In this document: positions 17,790-32,372 of the stretch, piece by piece | How positions within the stretch are numbered: position 1 is the stretch's first letter | How the letters are laid out: each line of letters begins with the position of its first letter | Origin: the human T2T-CHM13v2.0 reference genome, Homo sapiens | Assembly: GCF_009914755.1 (NCBI RefSeq) | Contig: NC_060931.1 | Reading direction: 5' to 3' (one strand) | DNA: 64,000 bases | Position numbers and translations under genes: made by a program | Notes under the pieces: model-generated | The model's input: only the letters and a program-made list of their open reading frames with translations | Databases searched by the model: none | Told to the model about the DNA's origin: nothing

Positions 17790-17990
17790 CTGTATAGGCT
17801 CTGGAATCAGACCAGGGTTAGAGTACTAGCTCTGTTACTCACCTATCTACGTATTAAAAGTGTCTCTGTGTGTGTGTATCCTTAGTTACCTTTCTAAGGC
17901 TTAGTTTCTCTGGGTATAAAATGGGGATAATACCTAACTCACAAGATGATTGTTGTAATGAAACAGTAGATAACCCATGAAGAACAGATT
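17790..17990 (+). mobile_element. MIR SINE
   Basis: GGCTCTGGAATCAGAC...AGTTTCTCTGGGTATAAAATGGGGATAATACCTAACTCACAAG core. Confidence 0.75.
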
Positions 17991-17995
17991 CTTGA

Positions 17996-18315
17996 GGCCG
18001 GGCATGGTGGCTCACGCCTGTGTTCCCAGCACTTTGGGAGGCCAAGGCAGGTGGATCACCTGAGGTCAGGAGTTCAAGACCAGCCTGGCCAACATGACAA
18101 AACCCTGTCTCTGCTAAAAATATAAAAATTAGCTGGGCGTTGTGGCGTGTGCCTGTAGTCTCAGCTACTTGGGAGGCCGAGGCGGAGGAATCACTTGAAC
18201 CAGGGACGCAAAGTTGCGGTGAGCCAAGATTGCACCACTGTACACTCCAAGCCTGGATGACAGAGTGATACTCCATCAAAAAAAAAAAAAAAAAGAAAAA
18301 AGAAAAGAAAAGAAA
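17996..18315 (+). mobile_element. Alu (AluSx-like)
   Basis: Full Alu with A/(GAAAA)n tail. Confidence 0.95.
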
Positions 18316-21300
18316 TGGCTTCAGGACTGCAGAGCTTGACATGAAGAGTTAGTCAGAAGGATGACACCCAGGGTGAGGCTGAAATCAAGGGTCAGAAAGA
18401 GAATTTGACTGAGGCAACAGGATGAAACGAGAGGTGTCAGTCTTGAGCAAGGGAGGTGGGAAGACAGGATGGAAGGTGGGACTGGGACCTAAGGAGGTTC
18501 TCTGAGATGCCAGGGCACAGGCCTGGGGGCTTTTGTCCAGGCTTGTTCCTTGGGTGGGATGGAAGCCATTTAGGGGGCCTCCAAGTCACTTCATGCACCT
18601 GTTATCTCTCAGTGCCCACACTAGTATTATAATAAAATGGGTTCTTCCCTGTGATTCATTATGAATAATCCAAGTGAACAGAGCAAGTACTGCTCCTGGC
18701 TCATTTCCAGCCACTTGCCCCTCCTGCTCTACACTCTAGCAGCGCTTGTTTACTGATACTTAAGCAACCTTGGGAATTGGAACCCAGTGGAATCTGTGGC
18801 ATTGTTGAGTCTCTGGTTCTTTTTTGTTAGGCCCTGGAATGCTGATAAGCTACCTCAAGGCTAATGAGAAATTAGATTATCTCTTGAACTTAATTGCATT
18901 TTCCCAGAGTTCTCTTAGAGCCCCCCAGGGAAAGGAGAAAGGAAGATAGTGAAAGCAGCTGTTCAGGTTGGGGCATGGTGGGAAGGGAGGATCTTTCTGC
19001 GCCTATAGTGTCCTCAGACTCTTCACACTGGTGGTTTTGCCAGTCGATGTGGAAGGGCTTGGAAGATAACATGGGAATTATGTAACCCACCAAACCCCGT
19101 GTGCCTTAATTACAGGAACACTGCCACTGTTGGGGAAAGGGGTCGGGGAGTTAGATCTATAAGATAGTATAAAATAGGTATGAGTAGATAGAATAGACAT
19201 TTAGATGTAGTGCAACCATTCTTTAATTACAAGCGGAGTTTAGGTCACTACTTCACCAGCTCTGTGTGAAGGATCAGTTTTTCGTTTTTGTTTTCCCAGT
19301 GCACTGCAGACCAGCACTTTTGAGAAATATAAATTTGCCACAGCAATATCAAATTGCTATAATTGTATCTAAACACTGTTTTACTCTCTGTACTTATCTT
19401 ATTGCAGATTGCCATGGCTTAGGTGATACAACCGTGGTGTGTGCTACATGAGATAAGAAACTTCTCACAAAAAGCTTTTATAAAGGAAGATTGCACATTT
19501 ATCTAAAAGAAGCGATTATTAAAAAAAAAAAAACAAACATACCTTATTTTGCTAACTTGGCATTTTGTCAGGACAGCCTGCATGAATGAATGGTGCCCTT
19601 GAGTTGTCGAATGGTGGCGTGTGGCAGCCCTGCTTCAGGCCCGTGGCGTGCCTGCGTTCTGCCTCCATGTATGCCTGCTCATATTCAGAGCATGCCATGG
19701 GCTCTCTTATCTAGGCCTTGCTATAGCTCACCACATTCCCTGCCATCAGCTTCCTTCCTCTCTCCCTCCCTCCCTTCCTTCCTTCCGATACCGTTACTAT
19801 TACACATCGTTTGATGTTGTAGTTGCTTGTTCACATGTCTTTTTCCCTATGCTTAACAGTGAGGTTCATAATTAATGGACTGAGAAACAAGGACACTCTG
19901 GATGAGGTCAAAGAAAAAATAGAATGTGAAGTAAAGAAATGAGAATGCAAGGAGGATGGGAAGATTTCTCCAGGCATGTGTGTAGAGCGGTGTGAGATTC
20001 CTGAGTAGTGTGTGCTGGGGTAAGGACCAGTGTGAATATAGTTACAGGGTGAGCCTGCTAAAGGGCAGGCTGAGTGACATTTTATTGGAATTAAGGAAGC
20101 CAAAATAAGTTGAGGATGGGCTCTCAAATGGGTTTTCAACTTGGACATTGACTGCCTACGATGGTGGCACATTGGAGTGAAATGAAAACTGTGAGCCAGG
20201 TACCAGTCAGGAAGGGGCATCTGTATGCCGTGGCTCTCGGAGGAGCACAGAGGTTTCAGTGGGAGCACCATGGAGTGGTCCAGATGCCAGTGTGGGGAGC
20301 CACAGCGTGCCCTCACTATCTTTCAGATCCCACTGTGTGCAGGAAGTGGTACCGTCTAAGAGAAGGAGTGTTCTTGGAGAAGAATCAAGTTTCAACCAAG
20401 GCAGAGAAAAGTCAGTAATGTTTTATAAAAGAATGTGAGGGTGTGGGGAATGTGTTGGGAAGGAGGGTAGTAATGGACAGAAGGAAGCCACAGAGCAGCA
20501 ATTCATTTGAGGAAATATTTGCAAGCAATTACCATTGCCAGGGACTACACTAGGCACAGCAGTGAACACATTATGCCCTTGAAGTACTTGCAGTCTAGGG
20601 AAGCTTAAGGCATGGGGAGATGAAATTAGGGAAAAGATGGTGGTCTGGAGGGTCTTACATCTTGTGGATGACCAAGGGTGACAGAGCAAAGAGGACATAG
20701 TTGGATTGATAGTTTTTAGATTATAATTTATTCACTGTAAATACTTGTTTAACTAAACTTTCCTTAAGGCTAACTCTGTTAGCTTCCTAATGAGAGCGCT
20801 GTAACCGTCTGATACTTATCTTAGGTACAGAAGGCAATATGATGTAGAAGTAAGAGGCTGGATTTGGAGCTGTTTTTAAATTTAACAGTCAAATATTCAA
20901 TGAGGGCCTACAATGTGTTGGGCACTGGGCTGGACCCAGGGCAGGCAGATACAGTTTAGGATCTTAGGTACATCATTTATTAGCTGTGTGACCTTGGGCA
21001 ACTTACTTAAATGACCTTCTGTAAAACCAGATTGTGGTTATTCTGGAAGAGAATGCAGGCAAAGCTTTTAGCATAGTGTCTGACACATTTTGAGTGCAAA
21101 ATAAACTTTTATATATTATTAGACTGGATTTTTCAAATTTTAACCTGATAAAAACACCATAATTTTAGTGTCTCTTCTTTCCTCTTGTAACTTATCCCAC
21201 CTAATATTAATTGGCCAAAGTGCATAATTTTGTGTATGTATTACAACTAACTCCCCTACCCCAAATTTGGGTTAACTTAACATTGTATTGTTATTTGTGG

Positions 21301-22664
21301 GGGAGAGCAAAGATTTCTCTGAAATGTAACATCCTTTAGCTTTTTAGATGAAAACAGAAAAGCAACCTCAGTCCCTCATCATAAACTGTATTTGTAGACT
21401 GTAGTTTTGAAAGCAAATTGATCCACCTTTTAAAAATCTAAACTGATATTTTAAACAGGTGTGTGCAAATGCAGTCCCTCCCACCCCCACCCCATCAGCA
21501 TCTTGACCCAGCTACTTCTTTGGAGCTGACTACTAGAGAATGTTAGTCTCCTCTCTGAGAGCCCAGCAATATATTATATACTAGGTAATCATTGGATAAT
21601 GTTTTCTGATATTTTAAAAGTTAATATTGCAACTAAAAACCAAAATACCTATTCAGGTCTTGTCTTCCCTTTACCAGTAAGAATCAGGGTCTTCCCCTTC
21701 CCTGCACCTCCCCGGATTAGTTTTCTACTTTTTCATGAGTTACTAAAACCAGAGAACACTGATTTTAATGTTGTTTTACAGAAAACAGTACCATAAAATT
21801 GACAACAAATTAAAATATACATTAATGGTACAGTATATTGTTTTCAGAATAGTGGAAAGAAGGGGCCTTTCACTTGAAAGACGGAACAGCTTAAATGATA
21901 GTGTTGTTAGACGTGTTTCAAGGAATTACAAAATGTTGTGTTTATTGACCATCAAAAAAGGTACAGCTGACCTTTTCCTTAGATATTTTAAAACAGAATT
22001 CCAAGTTATAGCTCCCCTTTAAAAACAGGTATGGATACTTTAATATATGCATTGCCTAACAGAGTATATAGGCTACAAATACAGCAAATGCACATAGCTT
22101 TTATTCAATTTTTGAACAGCAGCTTACCAGACGTGCTGAGTTTTAGCAGGTTGCTGAGTGGTAATCTGCAGGAGAAATGGAAAACAGGTTTGCCTTAACT
22201 ACTCTTGTGGCTTTCTAAAAATAAATTGCTACTTTCAAGTTACCTATTTGGTATTTTCACTTTATTTAGATTTTGTGGATCTCAAAATTTTCTTTTTATA
22301 ATGTTGATACATTACCACTTACAATTTACTTCTGAATTCTGTACCATAAAAATAATGTATTTTATTTTCATGTTACTTTAAAAATGATATTGCTTCTTAC
22401 TTGCTTATATTTATCATTCCCCCCATTTGTGTCCTTAGAAACATTTGTTTTAATTGCTCTGCTTTTCTTAAGTACATTTATATGAAGAGAGCTATTTAAT
22501 GTATTTTAAATACATTTCTTAGAATTGAAAGCTCTTCTTAGAATAATGAAAAAATTTGTAATTCAGAATTATATTTTATTGACTAATAAATAAGCATTCA
22601 TGTTATATTACATAGACAATTAATTAGAAGTTAAGTGAAATTAAAATTTTCCTGTAGTTAAATT

Positions 22665-22975
22665 ATTTTTATTTTTATTTTTATTTTTTTGAGATGGAGT
22701 CTCGCTCTGTCGCCCAGGCTGGAGTGCAGCGGTGCAGTTGGCTCACTGCAACCTCTGCCTCCCAGGCTCGAGTGATCCTCCCTCTGCAGCCTCTTGAGTA
22801 GTTGGGACCACAGATGCGTGCCACCAAGCTCAGCTAATTTTTTTTGTATTTTTGGTAGAGACAGAGTTTGACCATGTTGTCAAGGTTGGTCTTGAACTCC
22901 TGAGCTCAAAGAATCCAGTGCCCGCCTTGGTCTCCCAAAGTGTTGGGATTACAGCTGTGAGCCACCGTGCCTGGC
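22665..22975 (-). mobile_element. Alu (AluJ-like)
   Basis: Reverse Alu with GTGATCCTCCC and CTGAGCTCAA. Confidence 0.9.
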
Positions 22976-23173
22976 ATAATGATTGTTTTAGAAGGGATCT
23001 TGGTGTTAGACTGTATAGTTGGTGAGACTGAAGTGTCTTAGATGGAGGTTGTACCTGCAGGAGAGTCACAATGTGTGTCTCATCTATAACAGAGATTCTG
23101 AGGCAGAGGTCATTATAAGTTTTGAAGGTAACCTGTGAGTCTCAAAATGTTTTTTATGAATTTGTAATTCCGA

Positions 23174-23307
23174 GGCTGGGTATGGTGGCTCATGCTTGTA
23201 ATCCCAGCAATTTGGGAGGCTGAGGTGAGACGATCCCTTGAGGGGATTGTGCTACTACGCTCCAGCCTGGGCAACAGAGCGAGACTGTCTCAAAAAAAAA
23301 AAAAAAA
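23174..23307 (+). mobile_element. Short Alu monomer (left-arm start joined to right-arm end)
   Basis: 134 nt with poly-A; imperfect TSD GA(A/G)TTT(G/A)TAATTCC. Confidence 0.85.
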
Positions 23308-23681
23308 TAGAGTTTATAATTCCCAAAGCCTTCCCTCCCCTCTGAGGGAATTTTATCAAGGAATACATTTCTCTAATAAGGGAAGTAGCTCAAATTTTTG
23401 AATAAAGATTATTTTGATTATGAGTCTTAGTAGTCTAATTTGCAAAAATAGATGATGGTGATGATGACAACAATACTAATTAAAATTTATGCACGGTCAA
23501 CTGTGTGTCGAGTGCTGTTTCTCAACTTTGCTTTCCCTGAGACGACCTATGAGAATCACTAGTGCAATATTTGAAGGGAGTTTTCTTATTATCTCCATTT
23601 TACAGGTATGGAAACTGAGGCACAGTTTACTTTTTATTTTTAATATTATTAATTTATTCCTTAGTACTGAGTCAAGCCTAG

Positions 23682-23987
<306 letters not shown>

Positions 23988-24650
23988 AAACCTAGTTTTT
24001 AGCTATTTTATTAAATGGAATTATAGACTAGTAGGACCGTCACAGTCTTGATTACTTTAAGACCAGATCATGCAAGTGTTTTTGACTATTCTGCAGGAAA
24101 TGAAATCAAACCACTTCTACCTATTTTCTCCTGTTATAGTTTTTATCCTGAGTCTGGAAGTTATGTTAAATATTTTTTTGCACTAAATTCCAATAAAGCA
24201 GAGAAAAGACAATTGTTAGGCAATTTGTAGTACCAGCATTGTTTTTCTATACATACTGTTATAGGTGAAGCATTTAAATTATTGTGCTTTTTTGGTAACA
24301 AGTTTTTTACATTTTAAAGTTGTTCTTTATATTTTAATCAATTCATCATTCAAAGTTCTGTGCCCCAAATTATAAAATAGTTCACATTTTAATGCTTTTA
24401 GCAGTCAATCTGAGTGATTCAGATTAGTTTTGATCTAAATTTAAATGTTATGTTATTATCTTTTCAGCTAGAAATCTGAAAATATCTTGTTGCCAACCAT
24501 ATTAGTGGATATATATCTAGAAATATGTAAAGCGTAGTATTCATTTATACAAATAGGAAACTTATACATTTTTGGGAGTGATTTGCTTACAGTTTAGTTC
24601 GGTTTATTATTGCTCTTTGTTTCTCCCTGGATCAGGGAGAAAACCCTTAA

Positions 24651-25001
<351 letters not shown>

Positions 25002-26563
25002 TATATACTTTTGAAGTATCTGCAAATCAAACAGAAGATTAATAGTACAGGTATATACGTAAGGGAGATGCTAACAACTGAGGAAGTCATGTTTGCTTGG
25101 TTTGCAGAATTGTGATTATTAAATATCATATTCCTTTGTAATTATGGATCCTATGAAAAATAAAAGATCTACTTGTCTCTGTTTGTATAACTTGGAATGG
25201 ATGAGACCTGCCCTCTCAGCCATCTATAAGCAATAATGTTAGATGCTCTGTGATGATTTGGAAGAAGGTGAGGAGAGGGAGGAATATACAAGGGAGGTGG
25301 GCATGGATGGAGTGAAGAGTGGAAGGTGATGATTGTACCAATTTTCTGTGTTTTAATTTGAAATCATCTCCAACTTCCATATATTCAGCAAGAGTAAGTC
25401 AAAATACTTTTTTGGCCTTTTTAATGATGAGGTCATGTTTCTCACTGTAAGGTTCAATTATGAAAATTTTTCCAAAATGTAATATTTATGAATCAATCTT
25501 TTTTTATAGTTGTGATTAGTATATGCATATATGTTACATCATTAAAAAACTTTTATTATAAAATTGATAAATGCTTATGGTAAAAAAGTGAAGTAGTACA
25601 GAAGAGTATAAAATGAAAACAAAGGGTTGTGTCTCTACAGTGTTCCCAGTCCCAGTCCTAAAAAATAGCCATACCTAATAGTTTGTTGTGTATTTCCTTG
25701 GGTGTTTTTATGCACATACATATTTAGTTGAAATTAAACTTATATCCAATTTTTTGAATATTGTCTTTTTCACTTAATAGTGTATTGTGTTCTATTTTCC
25801 ATGACCTTACCTCTAAAGCTACCTCTTGCTTTTTAATGACTTAAAACCACCTCTTGCTTCTTAATACTTCTTAATGGTGTCCTATTATATGTGTGTATTG
25901 AAGTGTATATAACAAGGGTATTTAGTTTTTAGGTACAAATACCTGCATAGTTTTGCAAGTACATCTACAGGATATATTTTTTAGAAGTGGAATTGCTTAA
26001 TCAAAGAAGCATGAAATTTGAGCATGTGAAATTTGTATAGGCATTGTCAAATTGCCCTCTAAAACAGTATGCTGATTCATATTCCAATCTTAGGTTCAAC
26101 ACAGTGTAAAACACTTGATATTACAAAATTTTGAAATGTCTGTTAATTTGCTAGCTCAGTTATATTTCAGTTGGCATTTCCTTATTTATGAGTGAAGCAT
26201 AGCTCCTTTTAATTATTGTTGACCGTTTATATTTTCTTGTGTGAATTTCCTGTTAAATTTTTTTTTCTCTGATTTGTAAGTGTACAGATCTGAGGTTCAA
26301 TGGCTTTGAGTTCGGATTTGGGCTTTACTACTAACTAGTTGTTTGACCTTGAGAGGGTTATTTAGTCTGAACTTCAGTTCATTATCCGTAAAATGTGGTA
26401 GTAAGACTGCCCAGCTCATAAGGTATGGTTAATTAATGAGATAATGAATAGAAAATACTTAACCGATTTCTTAAAGTACAGTGAGAATATATGCTTGCTA
26501 GTAGCATTACTAATATTAGTAGGGTTTTTTTTTAAATTAAAAGTAGAAATTTTCAGAAATGTC

Positions 26564-26836
26564 TTTTTTTTTTAAGACAAACTCTCTGTTGCCGAGGCTG
26601 GAGTGCAGTGGCATGATCTCAGCTCACCCCTAGGCTCAAGTGATGCTCCCACCTCAGCCTCCCACAAGCTGGGACTACAGGTGTGCGCCACCATGCCTGG
26701 GTCATTTTTGCATTTTTTTGTAGATATGGGGCTTTGCCACATTGGCCAGGCTGGTCTTGAACTCCTGGGGCTCAAGTGATCTGCCAAGCTTGGCCTCCCA
26801 GAGTGCTGGGATTAGGCATGCGCCCCCTCACCGGAC
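26564..26836 (-). mobile_element. Degraded Alu (AluJ-like)
   Basis: Reverse Alu with deletions; TSD AAATGTCTTT. Confidence 0.88.
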
Positions 26837-27509
26837 GAAAATGTCTTTATAGCATCCATATGATAATTTGGTTTACTTCGTAAACATAATGATATGGTAA
26901 GTTTCAATAGATTATCTAATATCGAACTATCCTTATATTCCTGGAATGAACTCTGCTTGGTCATAGCATATTGATTATTAATTATATTCTTAAAATATAA
27001 CTAACGTATAACAACTATTGTTTAACACAAATTAAAACACTTTTAAGATTATGTATACTTCATGGCTTTAAAATAATTACAGAATAGTTTTATAAAATTG
27101 CAGTGAAACTTTTTCACACATAGGAAAATGTTATATGTTCTATTATGTGCCTTTTAAGAATGTATGCCCCTCTGAAATAGTATATTATTTTGACAGTCTA
27201 AGTCCTCTTACTTAAGATTGATTTTAGATTGAGAATCTAGCAGAAAAGTGAAATAAATACATAGAGAACATTTATGTAATTCACATTTAATGTTTTTTTT
27301 TTCCTAAAAGCATTTTCATCCATCAAATATGGACTTTTTTCTTATTTCCTCCTTTTAAACTTGAAAAGTACTATATTAAGGGCATTAGAAACGTGGTGCT
27401 GCATAACATAAAGATATTTCATTTTGAAAAAGAACTTGGGTTCCATTTTGCATACAAACTTTAATATAAATAGAACCTGGAATTCCAGTAAGAACCACTT
27501 TAAATAATC

Positions 27510-27730
27510 ATAATAGCTACCATTTATTTAGAGCTTACTGTGAGCCAGGAGCTTTTCTAAGTGCTTTACATGTATTAAATCATTTTATTATTTAAGTGCA
27601 GCTCTATATGACGGGCACTGTTACTGTTCTAATGTTACCAGTAAGGAAACTGATCCAGAGAGGTTAAGTCCTTTCCCAAGCTTACACAGTGACTGATGGG
27701 CAGAGACTGGATTCAAATTCAGGCATTCTC
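27510..27730 (-). mobile_element. MIR SINE
   Basis: ATAATAGCTACCATTTATT...GGAAACTGA...AGAGAGGTTAAG...GGATTCAAATTCAGGCA. Confidence 0.8.
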
Positions 27731-27731
27731 T

Positions 27732-27826
27732 CTGTAATCCCAGTACTTTGGGAGGCTGAGGCAGGCGGATTGCATGAGCTCAGGAGTTCGAGAGCAGCCT
27801 GGGCAACCTGGTGAAACCCTGTCTCT
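27732..27826 (+). mobile_element. Alu left-arm fragment lacking head and tail
   Basis: CTGTAATCCCAG...GTGAAACCCTGTCTCT ends abruptly with no A-rich linker. Confidence 0.88.
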
Positions 27827-28665
27827 TTTCCTTACTTTCTATTTCTATTGCCACCACTCCAGTTATCACACACTTAGATTACTTATCTCTCTTGAATTAG
27901 TCTTCCTCTTCTTTTCTCACTCACCTAGTACATCTCTGCCCTAACATCCCACATATGATAAAGTTTATACATTTTAATTTAATTTATATATTTTAACTCA
28001 GGGTCCTCAGGAACCTACAGTCTCAGTTACTCTGTTAACCCCATTTTCTATTACACCAGCCACAAATGCTCTCATATAACCAAGCTGTGGCTGCCTACTG
28101 TATACTAAACATTCATTGATTTACAGTATGTCGTGTAATTCTCTCATCAGCTTTTAGATACTATTATTATTTCCGTTTTAAAGAAACGAAAACTGAGGCA
28201 CAGAGAAATTAACTGGTAGAAGGAACCCACAGCTTATCAGGAGAGCAGTCAGAGTTTGAATCCAGTGAGCCACTCGTTGGAGGTGGGTTCTTCAGCATGG
28301 TCTTTCATAGGGGCGGAAACCTCGTTCAGGTATCCTATGCAGTTATCTTGAATCAGAATCTGTGGGGTGATTTATTTATCTAGTGAGTGATGCCTAGCAC
28401 CTATTTACATGGTCAGAGAATGCCTCTCTCAGGAGCTGACATTTCAGCCAAGGCCTGGGAAGTACAGGGTGGAGGGTGAGGGGAAAGGAGAGCATTCCAG
28501 GGAAAGGAGATGTTGTGTGTAAAGGTCTGGAGCTTATTCCCTCATTTGTCAGCAGTGTGAATGTTTATCTTTTTGACATCATTCTTACGTCTTTTGGCAG
28601 CTTAAGCCAAATATATCAATCTATTTTTTGAGATTTACTCCTCATGTGATTCTCATACAGTTGGC

Positions 28666-28976
28666 TTTTATTTTATTTTATATTTTATTTTATTTCGAGA
28701 CACTCTTGCTCTGTTTCCCAGGCTGGAGTGCAGTGGTGTGATCTTGGCTTATTGCAGTCTCCTCTTCTCGGGTTCAGATGATCCTCCTGCCTCAGCCTCT
28801 TGAGGAGTTGGGGCTACAGGCGTGTGTTACCACGCCCGGCTAATTTTTGTAGTTTTAGTAGACCCGTGGTTTTGCCATGTTGGCCAGGCTGGTCTTGAAC
28901 TCCTGGCCTCAAGTGATCCACCTGAGTTGGCCTCCCAAAGTGCTGGGATTACAGGCATGAGCCACTGCACCCAGCC
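28666..28976 (-). mobile_element. Alu
   Basis: Reverse Alu with (TTTTA)n tail. Confidence 0.93.
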
Positions 28977-29000
28977 GGAGGTAGGTTTTAATAATCATAT

Positions 29001-29265
29001 TTTGGGAGGCCGAGGTGGGTGGATCACCTAAGGTCAGGAGTGCGAGACTAGCCTGGGCAACATGGTAAAACCCCGTCTCTACTAAAAATAGAAAAATTAC
29101 CTGGGCACGGTGGCCTGTGCCTGTAATCTCTGCTACTCGGTAGGCTGAGGCAGGAGAATTGCTTGAACCTGGGAGGTGGAGGTTTCAGTGAGCCAAGATT
29201 TGCCACTGCACTCCAGCCTGGGAAACAGAGCGAGACTCCATCTCAAAAACAAACAAACAAAAAAA
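29001..29265 (+). mobile_element. Alu, 5'-truncated
   Basis: Starts TTTGGGAGGCCGAGG; imperfect TSD ATA(A/G)TCA(T/C)ATTT. Confidence 0.93.
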
Positions 29266-30129
29266 TAGTCACATTTTACACATGAGAAAAATTGAGATTC
29301 ATAATACTTAGCAATGTGTAAAGGTCATATAATAAGTGGCAGGAAAAAAATGGCAGAGATGGGATTATGCTTCAGGCTCTCTGAATTCTGCGCTCTTTCC
29401 TCATACTGTTGATCAGTCATTCTACATGTAACCATGGATAATAATTTATACTCCTCCCATAACAGATGGATTTATCTTCCTAACCAGGTTCTACATTAGT
29501 AGAGTTTAGGGACCCTGTTTAGTACTTGTCTCCCTCATAAACACCAACTACTGCGTTATATATAAATGGTCAGTAAATAAAAGTTGTTTCCATGTATCAG
29601 TTTTGCTAAAGCCAGAGGCATTTCAGACCATTTTTCCTATGGTAAAATAAAATTTTGATAGTTAAAAAGTTATTTGCAGGGTACATGCATCATTTTTCTA
29701 AAAACAATAAAGCTATTTATAAAGAAATACCAGGCAGTGGTTCTGAAATACATGGAACATAAAAACTAAATTAAAGATCTAAGGCCAACCTTACTTGTTT
29801 TGCAGATTTATTCATTTGCTCAGCACAATTGGTTGGAAGAGAATAACTTCAGTTTTGCAGACTATCATTTACATTCTCTACTAGCACAGATAAGCAGATA
29901 AAACAGTCATGGACACTCCTTTCAGAACCACACATGATCCCTGAGTTATGTATCACCCATTTTGTGGTTGTAATTCTATTGACTAGTCACTAGCATTTGA
30001 ATCTGTCATCTTGCAAATACAACTTTCTTATCAATGACTGCCCTATGGTTTTATTCTTAGTTACTTTTGGTAACTGGTTGGATTGTCTTGTTTTCCTTGT
30101 CATGATCTTTTTAAACACGTATTCTTAAC

Positions 30130-30500
30130 ATCTGAATTCTCTTTGGTTGCAAGTGACTGCAATGTGCAAACACCTTTAATTCAATCAAGTGAAAAGGGGG
30201 TTTATTGAGATGGCAGGGGTGTGGTTCACAGAATCACCAAGTCACAGCAAGGGTAGGGGTGCAGTTGGATTTCAGAAGCAACTGGAACCTGGTTTTGAGC
30301 CCTGTTAGGAATCTCTCCATCTCTTGCCTCTGATTCTCTCTTGCGGCCAGCTACTTGCTCCATATGGTGAGGAGCATCGCCACTGCAGTTCCACATTTTA
30401 CAGCTGCAGCAAGAAAGAGGTGGACCTGACATCCCCTCTCATTCAAGGCTTCCCCAAAATCCCAGGAAAGCATTCTAATTAGCCCAGCTATCCTGGATTG
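30130..30500 (-). mobile_element. MaLR (MLT1-like) LTR remnant
   Basis: TTTGGTTGCAAGTGAC...AAAAGGGGGTTTATTG pattern; boundaries approximate. Confidence 0.55.
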
Positions 30501-32322
30501 ACCTGGAAATTGTCTCATTTGCCCCTATGGGGTCTGCTATGGCACAGGGCTCAGAAACCCTGACCTCACCTGGAGCTAATTTTGACTGACCCATGTCAGC
30601 TTATGAGAACTGTATCTGCCAGCTGATTTTTAGTTTAGACTGGCTGCCCTGAAGAAGCCCTCTGTCTTTCTTTGCCAAAGGCAGTGTCTCTGTTGGCTCG
30701 CTGAGCTTCCTTTCCAGCCTAAGGGGACATCTGCAGTTTACTCAGCATGTTTGCAAATCTGAGAAAACTGACAATCCCTGAGCTTCTTCTGTGAGGGAAG
30801 CTCAAGTCACCTGTTTCACCACCTGCTGTGCAACTGCAGGTGACCCGTTTGGATGTGTCTTTTTCTGTTGAGAAACATTACTGTTTATAACAGAATAATA
30901 CTTAACATAGAATGACAGGAAATAACAATACTAGACAAATGTTTCTCTTTAAAAGAATGGGACCGTTATCTTGCATATCAGTTCTTCTAGCTACTAAAGG
31001 AAAAGGTCCCAAAAAAGAAATAATACTTTACATTTACACCACAAGTTTTTCAAAGAGATAAAGTGGGAGGCTAAAGGTCACTGTCATCTTTCATCTTATG
31101 AACTGTTTTTTGATGTTATTTTCTTCAGAACATTAAGAGCAGCCAACCACCTGGTTCCCTCATTATGCAAAATTATTGCATTTTAAGATCAGATTGGATG
31201 TTATTTCCAGAACTGTAAGCATTTCTAATTTGTAAGAGCACTGGTTTTTTTTGGTGCAAAAAGGATCGTTTTTGGAATGATTATACTGTAATAACTGTAG
31301 AAGAGATAGTTTTATATGTGGTTGGTTGTGCTGTCACTTTAGTTAAATTCAAAGGCATTTATAATTATTCACCATTTGCAAGACATTCATATGTGCATTC
31401 TATGAGACTGCTAAAGGTAAGTAAGGTATAGCTTGTGCTTGAGTCCTAGAGGAGCTAAATGGGTATGATGACTCTCCTCCCAGAGGAGGGTGCATCATGA
31501 CAAATGTCACCTACCCTGATTCTACTAAACCTATGCCACAGAGAGCACAAGCACAAAGGAGCTGCATGCACATTCCACTCAGTGAGTCTGTGCCCTGCAG
31601 TAGGTGGACAGTGAGAGCCTGTGAATGTGAATCTGCCATTCCTGCAGGCTCACTTGGTTCCTGCATGCCTCCCAGAGCATGAACATTTCTAGGGCTTAAA
31701 GGTATCCATTTTGCATATAACATGGCGTCTAAATACAAGTCAGCAGTAACTTCTAGTGCTTACAAGGAAAAGGCAATCAGTTTTAATGGTGGAAATGCCA
31801 CTATTTTGGACTTCTTGTAGGGCTATGTGACAGTCTCCAGCAGTGGCTTCCTATGGGATTTTCAAGAATAACCTGGACGATAGAAGATTTTTGCCTCATA
31901 TGTTGTTTAGAATTTATCACCCATGTAAGATGTGAATCTACTGAAACAGAAACATAAATAAGGTGCGTTCTGTGTTTCTATGTAGAAGAGAGTATTTAAT
32001 CCTAACTCATGTATTTATTTTGGGGAAAAGTGTCAGGGAGGATGTGGCATTTGAGCAGAGATTTGAGGGAAGAGAAGGATTTTTATAGGTGGGAATGGGT
32101 AGTGGAAGGAATAAATTTCCAATTCAGCAAACCATGTAAGTTAATATGATGTTCAGGGAATAGTGAATAGTCTAATAAGGTTTGGAATATGTGGGCTTTA
32201 TTATAGGAAGAAGAGGCCCTAAATATAGGTTTGGATCAGATTGTGGGGGAGGGTAGCCTTGAAAGCCACTGTCACTGTAAGAGTTTGGATTTTATTCTGT
32301 ATGTGATGGGGAACCATTAAGT

Positions 32323-32353
<31 letters not shown>

Positions 32354-32372
32354 GTCTGTGTGTGTGTGTGTG
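32323..32372. repeat. (TG)n microsatellite, interrupted
   Basis: Direct reading. Confidence 0.97.
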
